This document shows, one piece after another, positions 9,763-18,752 of a stretch of 64,000 nt of DNA. The position numbers were made by a program, and so were the translations under genes. The first letter of the stretch is position 1. Every line of letters begins with the position of its first letter. The notes under the pieces were generated by a model that made no database searches, was not told the DNA's origin, and saw only the letters and a program-made list of their open reading frames with translations. This stretch comes from Candidatus Heimdallarchaeum aukensis (lineage in GTDB: Archaea; Asgardarchaeota; Heimdallarchaeia; Heimdallarchaeales; Heimdallarchaeaceae), in NCBI GenBank assembly GCA_021513695.1, contig CP084166.1:2304001-2368000 (forward strand), in the 5' to 3' direction.

Positions 9763-10404
9763 TTATCCTAAAGGAGCTCCGCAATTTGCACAAAAACTGT
9801 AAGAAGATTTTTGTTTTGCTCCACAATTGTCACAATAGACGAAACTTTCTGTTTTTTTAACAGTCTTTGAGGTGTAGGGTTGTGCATAAGCTGAAGAACT
9901 TGTGGGCGCGCTTGATACTCCAGTTTTTGCAGCTCCACCGTAAGGCTGGTATCCAGTGCTTTCATAATTCGCTGCTCTTATTACAGAACGAATAATTGAG
10001 CCTGCAATTATAAATATGAAAATAAATACAATAATTGGTACTATAAATGAAGTTTCATAAGATGTCGCAAGTGTGGATACAATTATTATTATGAAAATAA
10101 ACGCAATGAACATAAATATAGGCAAAAAGCAGAATCCACTGAAATAATGTCCGTGTCTATAGTGTCTTCGTCTATAATAGGGATAGATACCCCAACCTGC
10201 TCTGTGGTAGTGACGACTACTTGTATGTCTTCGTGTACTTCCAGCTCTTATTAATGAACCACTGGAGCGATGAAATGATCCTCCTCCTCTTGTTATTGAT
10301 CTTCCAAATGAAGAAGAACCTATTCGACTAAACGATCTACCACCAAAGCTTCTAGCTCCGCTGAAGCCTCCACCTGTTCTTGATATTCTTGGCATAACTA
10401 CCAC
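9763..10404 (-). CDS. hypothetical membrane protein with an RGG/Arg-Ser-rich N-terminal tail, one TM helix and a C-terminal zinc ribbon
   Basis: The N-terminus has repeated GGxF/RGGG/RS segments. A hydrophobic span (FLPIFMFIAFIFIIIIV...IIVFIFIFIIAG) follows. The C-terminus has CDNCGAKQ...CANCGAPLG (CxxC-x10-CxxC). Confidence 0.4.
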   Translation of the reverse strand: MVVMPRISRTGGGFSGARSFGGRSFSRIGSSSFGRSITRGGGSFHRSSGSLIRAGSTRRHTSSRHYHRAGWGIYPYYRRRHYRHGHYFSGFCFLPIFMFIAFIFIIIIVSTLATSYETSFIVPIIVFIFIFIIAGSIIRSVIRAANYESTGYQPYGGAAKTGVSSAPTSSSAYAQPYTSKTVKKTESFVYCDNCGAKQKSSYSFCANCGAPLG

Positions 10405-10541
10405 GATACTATTTTTTTTGGAAGAATATAAAGTCTTCTAAATAGATTGACAAAAATGATAATTATAAAAGAATATTTAATATGGTAGAAAACAAAATCA
10501 TAATGTTTAAAATCTCTTTACTTTTTCTAACATAAGAAGAT

Positions 10542-10878
10542 GCTGAGCTGATAGCAACAGCTAAAGTGGGAAGCTAGGGCTCTCCTGTAACCGGAAACGC
10601 TCTATATGCCGGGCTGAAAACTGCTGCTGAGGGCTCGTCGAGGAAGATACGCTCTGTCTGGAAAGCGTCGAAGCATCGCCCCATGAGATTGTGCACACCC
10701 GAGGCGCCTTTGGAGGAAGGTGTTAGAAGGGTTGAGATCAAAAAGGGTCAGGCACGGAAGTGAGCAGCCCTAAGATCGATGCATGATGCCCATGGCAAGC
10801 GGTGTGGAGCTTAAGGGCAGTAAAACGGCTTCCAAAACGGGTTCGAACAGCAGGCTGCTAAGATTAGTTCAGCAGTCT
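10542..10878 (+). ncRNA. signal recognition particle RNA (archaeal 7S/SRP RNA)
   Basis: This about 340-nt island is markedly GC-rich in an AT-rich genome. It contains the conserved helix-8 sequence GTCAGGCACGGAAGTGAGCAGCC (compare the SRP consensus GUCAGGUCCGGAAGGAAGCAGC). The 5' end (GCTGAGCTGATAGC) is complementary to the 3' end (GCTAAGATTAGTTCAGCAG), as in the long terminal SRP helix. It is followed by an oligo-T tract (TATTTTTT) and there is no ORF. Confidence 0.7.
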
Positions 10879-10977
10879 TGTATTTTTTATTTAAGGAAAG
10901 AGTAAAATTAATTCTTTCTACAGCAACCAAAAAGTTATTTTATTAATATACCTTAACCTATCAAAGAAGAAAATAAG

Positions 10978-12132
10978 ATGGTCGTTATGAGTGGATATAG
11001 CCCTACTTGGACTTCAAAAGGCTCTGACAAATTAAGGATCCTTCAAGTCACAAAGATACTAATGAATATAATAGATAGATTGATCAATTCGATTGACGTA
11101 ACTGATGAAAAAACAAGAAATATGGTTGAAGGAATAATAGCGAACACAATTTATAATTATTTTACACCAAACAAAGATTTAGCGATCGAAAAACAGTATG
11201 AATATCTACTAGAATTCTTAGGTTGGAAATTAATTTCTATCGAAAAAAAAGATGATGATTCACTCTCATTAAGTTTAGGTGCAAATCGTTTTATTGATGA
11301 AGAAACAGATAATTTAGCATATAACGCAATTGTTTTAGGCATTGCAAAATCTATTGGATATTTCATTTTCAATAAAGATGTTAAAGTAGAATTGATGGTA
11401 AGTCAGTTTGATTCGACTCAAATAACTGCTCTAATTGAGCGAACTGATAAAGAAATAGCTGTTGAAACTCAAGAAAAGTTAGGTATTCAAATCTCAAAAG
11501 AAGAAGGAGAATTAGGAATCGAACAGAAACAAGCTCCAGCTACCAAAAAAACTCCTGCAATTGAAGTTAAGCCTGAATTAGAATTAGATGTTAAATCTAT
11601 ATTTTCTCCTATTCTTCAGAATTATCCACCCACATCAATTTTGCCTGTATTTCATAAAGTTTTATCTGAAATTGTTACAAGCTTCTTTTCAGAGATTGAA
11701 GACAGTCAAGTAATTAATGCAAAGGCATCGTATTCCGAAATAAACACCGTTTTCTTAATAGAATTTATACTTAGAACCTTACCAACTATTGGAAAAGATG
11801 TGAGTGAGATTGCTACTCTCGCAGGGCAATATCTAATTAAAGCTATACTTACAAAAACACCTGATGATATCATAAAATATTTACCAAAAGAACTTCTTTC
11901 TGAAATCTCTAGACGTGTATCTTATGTTGAATTTGGTGCGCGAGATTATTGTTCTTATGCTCCAGGAGAACGATGTGTTGAAGGGAAAAGAGATTTATGC
12001 GACTTTGTTCTATTTCTTTGGCAAGGAATGTTAGATTCTCTCATTCCTGAAAAAAAATTCAAACTTGGAGAACGCATTCCGGCAACAAGAAGAGGAAAAT
12101 TCTGTTTGGTGGAATTTATAAAACAACAGTAG
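10978..12132 (+). CDS. V4R-domain protein (Bet3/TRAPP-like fold at the C-terminus)
   Basis: The C-terminal approximately 60 aa (CSYAPGERCVEGKRDLCDFVLFLWQGMLDSL...GERIPATRRGKFCLVEF) match the V4R pattern C-x-G-x-C...C-F..G...G....E...G..C-x-F-E-I. Confidence 0.45.
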   Translation: MVVMSGYSPTWTSKGSDKLRILQVTKILMNIIDRLINSIDVTDEKTRNMVEGIIANTIYNYFTPNKDLAIEKQYEYLLEFLGWKLISIEKKDDDSLSLSLGANRFIDEETDNLAYNAIVLGIAKSIGYFIFNKDVKVELMVSQFDSTQITALIERTDKEIAVETQEKLGIQISKEEGELGIEQKQAPATKKTPAIEVKPELELDVKSIFSPILQNYPPTSILPVFHKVLSEIVTSFFSEIEDSQVINAKASYSEINTVFLIEFILRTLPTIGKDVSEIATLAGQYLIKAILTKTPDDIIKYLPKELLSEISRRVSYVEFGARDYCSYAPGERCVEGKRDLCDFVLFLWQGMLDSLIPEKKFKLGERIPATRRGKFCLVEFIKQQ

Positions 12133-12142
12133 GTGTGAAAAA

Positions 12143-12604
12143 ATGGGTAGAAAAACAATAAAAAAAACATATAAGGATACATATGCAAGAGGACAAGTTG
12201 ATAAAAGTGAATTTCAAGGTAGATATTTTGTTAAAATAGAGCTTGTATCTCTGAAGGTACTGGAAGATAAAGATTTACTTGGAAATGAAAGTGAATTTTA
12301 TTTTAAAGTGGGAAGAATGTTACACAAGCATCGAATTCCTCAGAAAGGTACTATTAATTTAGAGAAAAATGAGGTTTTTCAGCCAACAGATGGGTTGACT
12401 TTATATACACAATTTATTCATAAACCTGAAAGGGGAACAATTGTGGTTCCTTTTCGTCTACGCGAAAGAGATCCATTGAAGGTGGATGACCACATTATTA
12501 AAACTAAGTTATCTATTCCTCTAGGATCTTCTGATTATATAGTTCTGGTAGAAAAATCTGTAAAAGTAAAACTAAAAATTTCAGCTTTGGAAACTCGATA
12601 CTAA
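12143..12604 (+). CDS. hypothetical protein
   Basis: 153-aa ORF translationally close to the upstream gene. No recognisable family. Confidence 0.3.
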   Translation: MGRKTIKKTYKDTYARGQVDKSEFQGRYFVKIELVSLKVLEDKDLLGNESEFYFKVGRMLHKHRIPQKGTINLEKNEVFQPTDGLTLYTQFIHKPERGTIVVPFRLRERDPLKVDDHIIKTKLSIPLGSSDYIVLVEKSVKVKLKISALETRY

Positions 12605-12616
12605 AATAACAAATTC

Positions 12617-13828
12617 TTACCATTTATTTTTTTTAAAAATAAATTTCAACCCTGTTTTCATGAAGAAAGGCCAAAGTTCTAATTTTGTTAATAACTTCCA
12701 AACTATGGCCTGTTGATTATCTACATCTCCTTTAGATGTAAATATTTGTTTATACTTTGGTTTATTGAATATTTTTAGTAGATTATCGATGTCTTTGTCA
12801 TCTAAAGAATCTAAATATTGTCTAACAAGCTTCATTATGAAAAGATTTCTAGCAAATTCCTTTTTCCACCTTTTTTCATACTGCTTTAGGAATGATTTTT
12901 TATAATTTTCTTCGATTATTGCTTTTGCAGCTATCTCTCCCGCAATTCTGGCTGCTATACCCCCTAAAATTACACCGCCCCCTGTCGTAGGTTTCGTCTG
13001 TCCTGCTGCATCTCCAACAACTAAGATATTATCAGTATAGCTTCTGTTAATATAAGATCCTAATGGTATCGCTCCACTCATTTCTCTCAAAATTTTTGCA
13101 GAATAAAATCTCTCCTTCAATAGTTCGCTATTTATAAAATTTCTCAAATATTTTTTTGCTGGTCGATATCTAGTTCCTATTCCTACCTTTGCCACACTAT
13201 TGTCTATTGGAATAATCCACCCAAAGAAACCTGGGGCATATTTTGATATCTGATATAACTCCACATATCTTTTATCTAAATTTTCTATACCATCAATTAT
13301 AAATTGCGAAGCAAAGATTATCTCATCAGGATTAGATAATCCGACTTGAGAATTAAGTTTAGGAAATCTTCCTTCTGCTAGAATCGAAACTTTAGTTGTT
13401 ATTCTACTCTCTTTAGCTTGTTTTCCTAACACTAATTCAATATTTTCTGATTTTCTGTGTATATTTTTAACCCTTGAATTTGTTCTTATTTCTATTCCAT
13501 TATCATGTGCAATTGATGCCAAATATCTGTTAAACTTACTTCTATCTACTACAAGTGCATGATTTGAATTTTTTTCAACTACTAACTCTGTTCCATTAGC
13601 AGAAAATATTTTGGCTCCTATTATTTCCTTGTTTTGAATAATTTCTGATGGTAATTTGTTGAGACCTATTTTTTCTAACCCTTCTATACTTAGTAATCCT
13701 GCACAGTGTTCAGTAATTCCTATTTCTTTTTTGGATTCAAGTACTAGAACATCTACATCATATTTACTCGCTTCAATTGCAGATAGTAGTCCAGCTGGTC
13801 CTCCACCAATAACAACGATTTTTTTCAT
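12617..13828 (-). CDS. geranylgeranyl reductase family FAD-dependent oxidoreductase (digeranylgeranylglycerophospholipid reductase-like)
   Basis: N-terminal Rossmann FAD motif (KIVVIGGGPAGLLSAIEAS), GD motif (VVGDAAGQTKPTTGGG) and about 400 aa, typical of archaeal GGR. Confidence 0.75.
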   Translation of the reverse strand: MKKIVVIGGGPAGLLSAIEASKYDVDVLVLESKKEIGITEHCAGLLSIEGLEKIGLNKLPSEIIQNKEIIGAKIFSANGTELVVEKNSNHALVVDRSKFNRYLASIAHDNGIEIRTNSRVKNIHRKSENIELVLGKQAKESRITTKVSILAEGRFPKLNSQVGLSNPDEIIFASQFIIDGIENLDKRYVELYQISKYAPGFFGWIIPIDNSVAKVGIGTRYRPAKKYLRNFINSELLKERFYSAKILREMSGAIPLGSYINRSYTDNILVVGDAAGQTKPTTGGGVILGGIAARIAGEIAAKAIIEENYKKSFLKQYEKRWKKEFARNLFIMKLVRQYLDSLDDKDIDNLLKIFNKPKYKQIFTSKGDVDNQQAIVWKLLTKLELWPFFMKTGLKFIFKKNKW

Positions 13829-13881
13829 TAAGAATGAAGAAAACTAACTATTCAAAAATAATGTTGTCCTATTATAAAAAA

Positions 13882-14805
13882 TTAAAAAGCTAGTTCTAAC
13901 TCATCTACAGCTTTTATTTCATTTTGTTTAATGATGTGCTTTTCCCATGTTTCTGTGTCGATAGCCAACTTTAGAACTTCCTCGAATTCTATTCTTTTGT
14001 TATAGTCTTGAAATATCTCAATAGCTTTGTTTTCATTTTCTTTAATCCACTCGTTAGAAAAATTAGATAGAAATTCAGTAAATATCTGGTAAGCTTTTAT
14101 TTTTTCTTTATTTGTTGTTAAAACGATTGTAAACGCTTTTTCTATTTTTCTAATGAGGACTATGATGTGCTCTGATTCTATTTCAGTTAAATCTCCTAGA
14201 CCATATTGCTGACTCATGTTCAGTATTGCAGAAATAAAAGCGACTAATAAAACAGCATCATAAGGTAAAGATTGGGTAATTAGCAGATACAAAGGTTGTC
14301 CATCTTCATTTGCAATCAATATGTCTAAATCCTTTAGAACCAAGCCAAACGATGTAAATATTTTTTCGTTACCAACTTTTATTTTTTCAATATTTGTTCT
14401 TTTGTTTACAACTAAATTTAGTGATCTCGCAAAATTACTCACTTGCTTTCTCTCATATTCTATAGTCTTTTTATCTTCCATTATGTCATTTATAGAACTA
14501 CTTTTGACCCATGCAAATTGTTGACGAAAGATTTTTACTACTTTTTTGACTACTGTTGAATAATAATCCTTTTTCTTGACGATAACTAAAAAATAATCAT
14601 TTACTGCTTCATAAATAACTTCATTTTCTCCAAAAATGACTTTTTTTGGTATTTTTTCTCCTAATTCTGTAGTAAGTGTTGTCACAGCACTTATGAAACT
14701 TATAAGGGACGCTTTGATTTCCCTGTTAGACCAGGTTCCATGATAGATTCTGTAAAACCTACATGAACCGTTTCTTTTTAGTATCAAAATGGCCTTGATT
14801 AACAC
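13882..14805 (-). CDS. hypothetical protein with two tandem roadblock/LC7-like domains
   Basis: There are two approximately 110-aa units. Each shows the roadblock pattern: a beta-strand rich in I/L/V (IKAILILKRNGSCRF / FGLVLKDLDILIANEDGQPLY), a helix (ISAVTTLTTELG / FISAILNMSQQYGLG) and a hydrophobic strand (DYFLVIVKKK / HIIVLIRKIEKAFTIVLTT). Confidence 0.4.
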   Translation of the reverse strand: MLIKAILILKRNGSCRFYRIYHGTWSNREIKASLISFISAVTTLTTELGEKIPKKVIFGENEVIYEAVNDYFLVIVKKKDYYSTVVKKVVKIFRQQFAWVKSSSINDIMEDKKTIEYERKQVSNFARSLNLVVNKRTNIEKIKVGNEKIFTSFGLVLKDLDILIANEDGQPLYLLITQSLPYDAVLLVAFISAILNMSQQYGLGDLTEIESEHIIVLIRKIEKAFTIVLTTNKEKIKAYQIFTEFLSNFSNEWIKENENKAIEIFQDYNKRIEFEEVLKLAIDTETWEKHIIKQNEIKAVDELELAF

Positions 14806-14913
14806 TGTTTTTCACTTTGTTTTATTTTCTTTATTTATCACTTTTTTTATAGTCTCAGTTTTTATGTGCGCAGTTTAAAAAAGTATAAATTGGTTTTTTC
14901 TAATTATAACTAA

Positions 14914-15990
14914 TTAATCAATAATATAAACTGATGAAGCTTTGAAGATTGCGCATATTTCTTTTCCTTTCTTTATATCTAACTTTCTTTTTGATGTTCT
15001 CGTAATTACAGATGTAATCTCTATTCCACAATCCAGTACTACTTTCACATTTGATGATAAGTTTTCAATGATTTCAACAACTTTGCCCTCAAAACAATTT
15101 CTTGCACTGGTGAAATCCATTTTTTTAGGAGAAAGTATAATGTCCTCTGGTCGTATTGTTATAGTTATTTTTTGATTCGGTTTGAGTTTAAGATCATCAG
15201 ATAAAAATATCTTAATTTTCTTATTAGCATTTTCTGGAATAAAAAAAGTGAGATTCTCTTCATGATAAATAGTTCCTGAAAAAATATTCTCAAAATTAAA
15301 AAACTCTGCAATAAATTGAGATTTAGGATCCTCTATTATATCTTCAGGAGTGGCAAATCGTTCTATTTGTCCATTATTTAGTATTATGACTTTATTTGCT
15401 AATTCTGTTGCATCACCAATATTATGAGTAACATAAATAATTGTTTTATTGTAAACCTCTTTCGCTTTTTTAAGTAGTTTTATTATCTCTCTAGCTTTTC
15501 TTCTATCAACTCCAGAAAGAGGTTCATCCAATAAAATCAGTGGAAAATCAAGAATTAAAGCTCTGGCAATCGATATCCTATGCGCTTCTCCTCCAGACAA
15601 ATTTTTAGGTAATCGATTCCTCTTTTCTTCTAATCCCATGAATTCAAGAATGTCGTTAATTCTTTTTTCTCGTTCTTCTTTTGGAAAGTGATTAAGAATA
15701 AGTGCATATTCAAGATTTTCCTGAACTGTCATGTGAGGAAATAGTGTCGGTTTTTGTGGTACATAAGCTATTTGCCTTTTATTTAGAGGAAGGTAGGTGA
15801 TATCTTTCCCTCTGTAAACAATAGTCCCTTCGTTAGGAGAATAAATACCAAGGATAGTTTTTAGTAAAGATGTTTTTCCACTTCCAGAGGGCCCCAAAAT
15901 AACTATTGAATCATTTTTGGAGGCAGAAAATGTTATATCCTTTAACTCAAATTTTCCTAGAGTTAATCTAATTGAATTCACTTTTAACAT
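14914..15990 (-). CDS. ABC transporter ATP-binding protein with a C-terminal TOBE/Mop domain (molybdate/tungstate type, ModC/WtpC-like)
   Basis: Walker A (GPSGSGKTS), ABC signature (LSGGEAHRISIARAL), Walker B (ILLDEP) and a C-terminal approximately 70-aa TOBE-like extension. It forms an operon with a permease and a binding protein. Confidence 0.75.
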   Translation of the reverse strand: MLKVNSIRLTLGKFELKDITFSASKNDSIVILGPSGSGKTSLLKTILGIYSPNEGTIVYRGKDITYLPLNKRQIAYVPQKPTLFPHMTVQENLEYALILNHFPKEEREKRINDILEFMGLEEKRNRLPKNLSGGEAHRISIARALILDFPLILLDEPLSGVDRRKAREIIKLLKKAKEVYNKTIIYVTHNIGDATELANKVIILNNGQIERFATPEDIIEDPKSQFIAEFFNFENIFSGTIYHEENLTFFIPENANKKIKIFLSDDLKLKPNQKITITIRPEDIILSPKKMDFTSARNCFEGKVVEIIENLSSNVKVVLDCGIEITSVITRTSKRKLDIKKGKEICAIFKASSVYIID

Positions 15991-16806
15991 TTATCTGTCC
16001 TCCTTCATCATAATTCTTGCTCCTACTCTTGCTAAGGCAAAAAGAATTGTACTTATAATAATGATAAAAACAGCAACAGGTCTAGCTGCATTTGTTCCTT
16101 GAGAGTTGTATAAATCGAAAACAATTACTGGAGCTGTTAAGGGATAATATGCCATGAAAACCACGGCACCAAACTCTGATGCTGCTCTTGCCCAACACAA
16201 AATAGTACTTGCTAAAATACTTTTTCTCGTTTGAGGAAAAACCACTTTTCTAAATGTGGTAAAAGATGATGCACCTAATATGTGCGAAAAAATTTCAAAA
16301 TCTGGGTCTATTAGATCAAATGTCTCTCTTGCACCTTGTATTAAAATGGGGGCGCTAACGAATAATTGAGCTATTACTATTCCTAGAATTGACCTTGTAA
16401 ATATAGTACCATACTCTGATGGGAATATTTGACCGATTAAACCATATCTACCAAAAACAGATAATAAAGCAATACCAGCAACACTATGGGGGAGAGCTAA
16501 AGGTAAATCTACTAATGTAATAAGAAAATTTTTTCCAAAAAACTCTTTTCTTGAAAAAATATATCCTAAACTAATTCCAAAAAATATTGAGACTATTGCT
16601 GTAATTGTAGCTGTAAAGAAAGTTGTCAGTATTGCTAGTTGCACTTTCTCAATCTTTAGAATCTCAATAAGACTTTGAGGTTTTTCTGAAAAAACCATCC
16701 ACAAAATAGGAATCACTAAAAGAAATAGGGCTAACATACTAAATAAGTAAAGAATAAGATAAAAAAGAGATATTTTTTTGGTAAAATGTTTTATTTTTAC
16801 TTTCAT
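15991..16806 (-). CDS. ABC transporter permease (ModB/WtpB-like)
   Basis: Polytopic membrane protein with an EAA-like loop (ARVGARIMMKEDR at the C-terminus, conserved permease core). Its stop abuts the ATPase gene start (15990/15991). Confidence 0.7.
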   Translation of the reverse strand: MKVKIKHFTKKISLFYLILYLFSMLALFLLVIPILWMVFSEKPQSLIEILKIEKVQLAILTTFFTATITAIVSIFFGISLGYIFSRKEFFGKNFLITLVDLPLALPHSVAGIALLSVFGRYGLIGQIFPSEYGTIFTRSILGIVIAQLFVSAPILIQGARETFDLIDPDFEIFSHILGASSFTTFRKVVFPQTRKSILASTILCWARAASEFGAVVFMAYYPLTAPVIVFDLYNSQGTNAARPVAVFIIIISTILFALARVGARIMMKEDR

Positions 16807-16809
16807 AAT

Positions 16810-17844
16810 TTACAGCTCTACATTAGCTATAACTTTATCTTTTAATTTTTCTGGTAATAAACTTATGTTTTTTGTTTGTGGAGGATTAATAACCGGTTGG
16901 TAAGCTTGTTCGCTAATTATTCTTAATCCTTCTTCTGAAAGAATAAAACTAACAAAATCAACGGCTTCTTGGAAATTGGGTGCATTGTTTGGGATTGTTA
17001 ATCCGTACCATATTGCTTTACCTGTTTTTTCAGTAATACCTGGGCCTGTTGTATTTACAACTTCTCCAGTTATCGAGTTAAAGTAAACTGTTGCCTTACT
17101 ATAATAATCATTAAACGATTGGTTTGCGAGATTAATGTGTTCATCCAATTTGATATATGATAAATTATACTGAAGAGCCATGCTTTCATAAAGAAAAGCA
17201 TAGTCTATTTCTCCGATTTGTAATGGCCCCACAAGCTGTGCTTCATTACTTGTCCAAGGGTTTTTGAGTGTGGGGTGATTTATGTAATTATTCCACAGAC
17301 TACTATCATTATAAAAGAATGAAGCAAGTTTAAGAGTAATAAGTGTTCTATATCCACATGGATCATCTGCAGGATTAGATCTAGTTGTTATCACAGATGA
17401 TCGATTTGCATATAGGTACCAATTTGAAGCGTTTATCTCCGATGAAAATTGACTTTTTGAAGTGTAGGCTAAAACTATTGCATTTCTGGCAAAAACAACA
17501 CTCCAATTTGCCCATTTTGGTTGTGTTTCAACCATCATAGTATCAATTAGTTTATAATCAGAACTGAAAAGGATATCAGCTAATCTTCCTTCCTCAGTTA
17601 TTTTTCTTATTGAAGCTGCGCTCCCTGCTGATTCATGTTCAATAACAATATTAGGGTGTTGTCTTTCATATTCTTCTGCTAATTTTTCGATAGGGTAACT
17701 CAAGCTTCCTGCATGAAAAATAACAAGATGTGTTTTTTTATCACGTAAAAGTATCATACTAGCTGAAAATATAAAAGCTACGATAAAAAGACCGATTAAG
17801 ATATTAATAATGATCTTTTTGCTATTCATTATCTTCGAGAACAT
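16810..17844 (-). CDS. periplasmic/extracellular oxoanion-binding protein (WtpA/ModA-like)
   Basis: N-terminal signal/TM anchor, then VIFHAGSLSYP...ESAGSAASIRKI, which resembles the WtpA/ModA anion-binding motifs (AGSL ... GS). It is 4 nt upstream of the permease. Confidence 0.65.
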   Translation of the reverse strand: MFSKIMNSKKIIINILIGLFIVAFIFSASMILLRDKKTHLVIFHAGSLSYPIEKLAEEYERQHPNIVIEHESAGSAASIRKITEEGRLADILFSSDYKLIDTMMVETQPKWANWSVVFARNAIVLAYTSKSQFSSEINASNWYLYANRSSVITTRSNPADDPCGYRTLITLKLASFFYNDSSLWNNYINHPTLKNPWTSNEAQLVGPLQIGEIDYAFLYESMALQYNLSYIKLDEHINLANQSFNDYYSKATVYFNSITGEVVNTTGPGITEKTGKAIWYGLTIPNNAPNFQEAVDFVSFILSEEGLRIISEQAYQPVINPPQTKNISLLPEKLKDKVIANVEL

Positions 17845-18118
17845 CTACAAGATTTAAAAAAATATTTGTTGATATATGGACTTAATTTCTTATAAAATCA
17901 AGCAATAGAGCTTGAGAGATGTTTATCGACACAATAACATTAAATCAAATAGTGGTTATCAAATTGTCGCTTGTAATATATTATGAAGACAGTAAAACAA
18001 CCTTTAGCTTGTTTATCAATTAGAAATAACATATTACTATTTTGTTCTTATTTTCTAATTTTTAAATTAAAAGAGATTTTTTTGTTGTTTTCTCATCTCA
18101 TTAATTGTATCAAAAAGT

Positions 18119-18571
18119 CTAAATTTTTACCGAAGCTATTACAGTTTCAAAGTTTATGTCTTCGAATTTATTAATAATTGAATATCCTTCACTATTAATT
18201 GGTAAGTTTGAAATAAATAAAGCATGTATTCTTCTTCCTTCTGGTTTTACTCTTGTAATACGTTCGATGAAATCTTTTATGTCTTCAATAGGAACAAAGC
18301 TGTCTCTATAAAACCTACATTCACCTAAAATAAGTTTTTGTTCATTAAAAGCTACAAAATCAAAAATGAGTATCTCGTTCAGTGTCCAACTTACCCATTG
18401 ATATCCATCGTTTTCATAATCATACATAGGGATATCGAAACCTGATTTTTTTAATTCCTCAACACATAGTTTTACAACATCTGGATGAGCCTTACCAGGG
18501 ACAAAGTAACTTAATTTAGGTAATATATTTGATATTTTTAGTACTAGTTGTGTTGTGAGATTCATCCTCAT
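18119..18571 (-). CDS. hypothetical protein
   Basis: 150 aa. No recognisable motif. Confidence 0.3.
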   Translation of the reverse strand: MRMNLTTQLVLKISNILPKLSYFVPGKAHPDVVKLCVEELKKSGFDIPMYDYENDGYQWVSWTLNEILIFDFVAFNEQKLILGECRFYRDSFVPIEDIKDFIERITRVKPEGRRIHALFISNLPINSEGYSIINKFEDINFETVIASVKI

Positions 18572-18752
18572 TTTTTATATTGGAAAATAGTATAAGAATA
18601 TATTCATCATCTTGATTTTCGTATATTTTTTTCATTCTCTGTTGTTACTTCATATTTTGTCCTATTTCATTCATTTTTTTCATTTTCTTCTTTAGTAAAA
18701 GGTCTTTATCTCTAAACTTAAATATAATAGTAAAAATCTCGATTTAGTTAAA

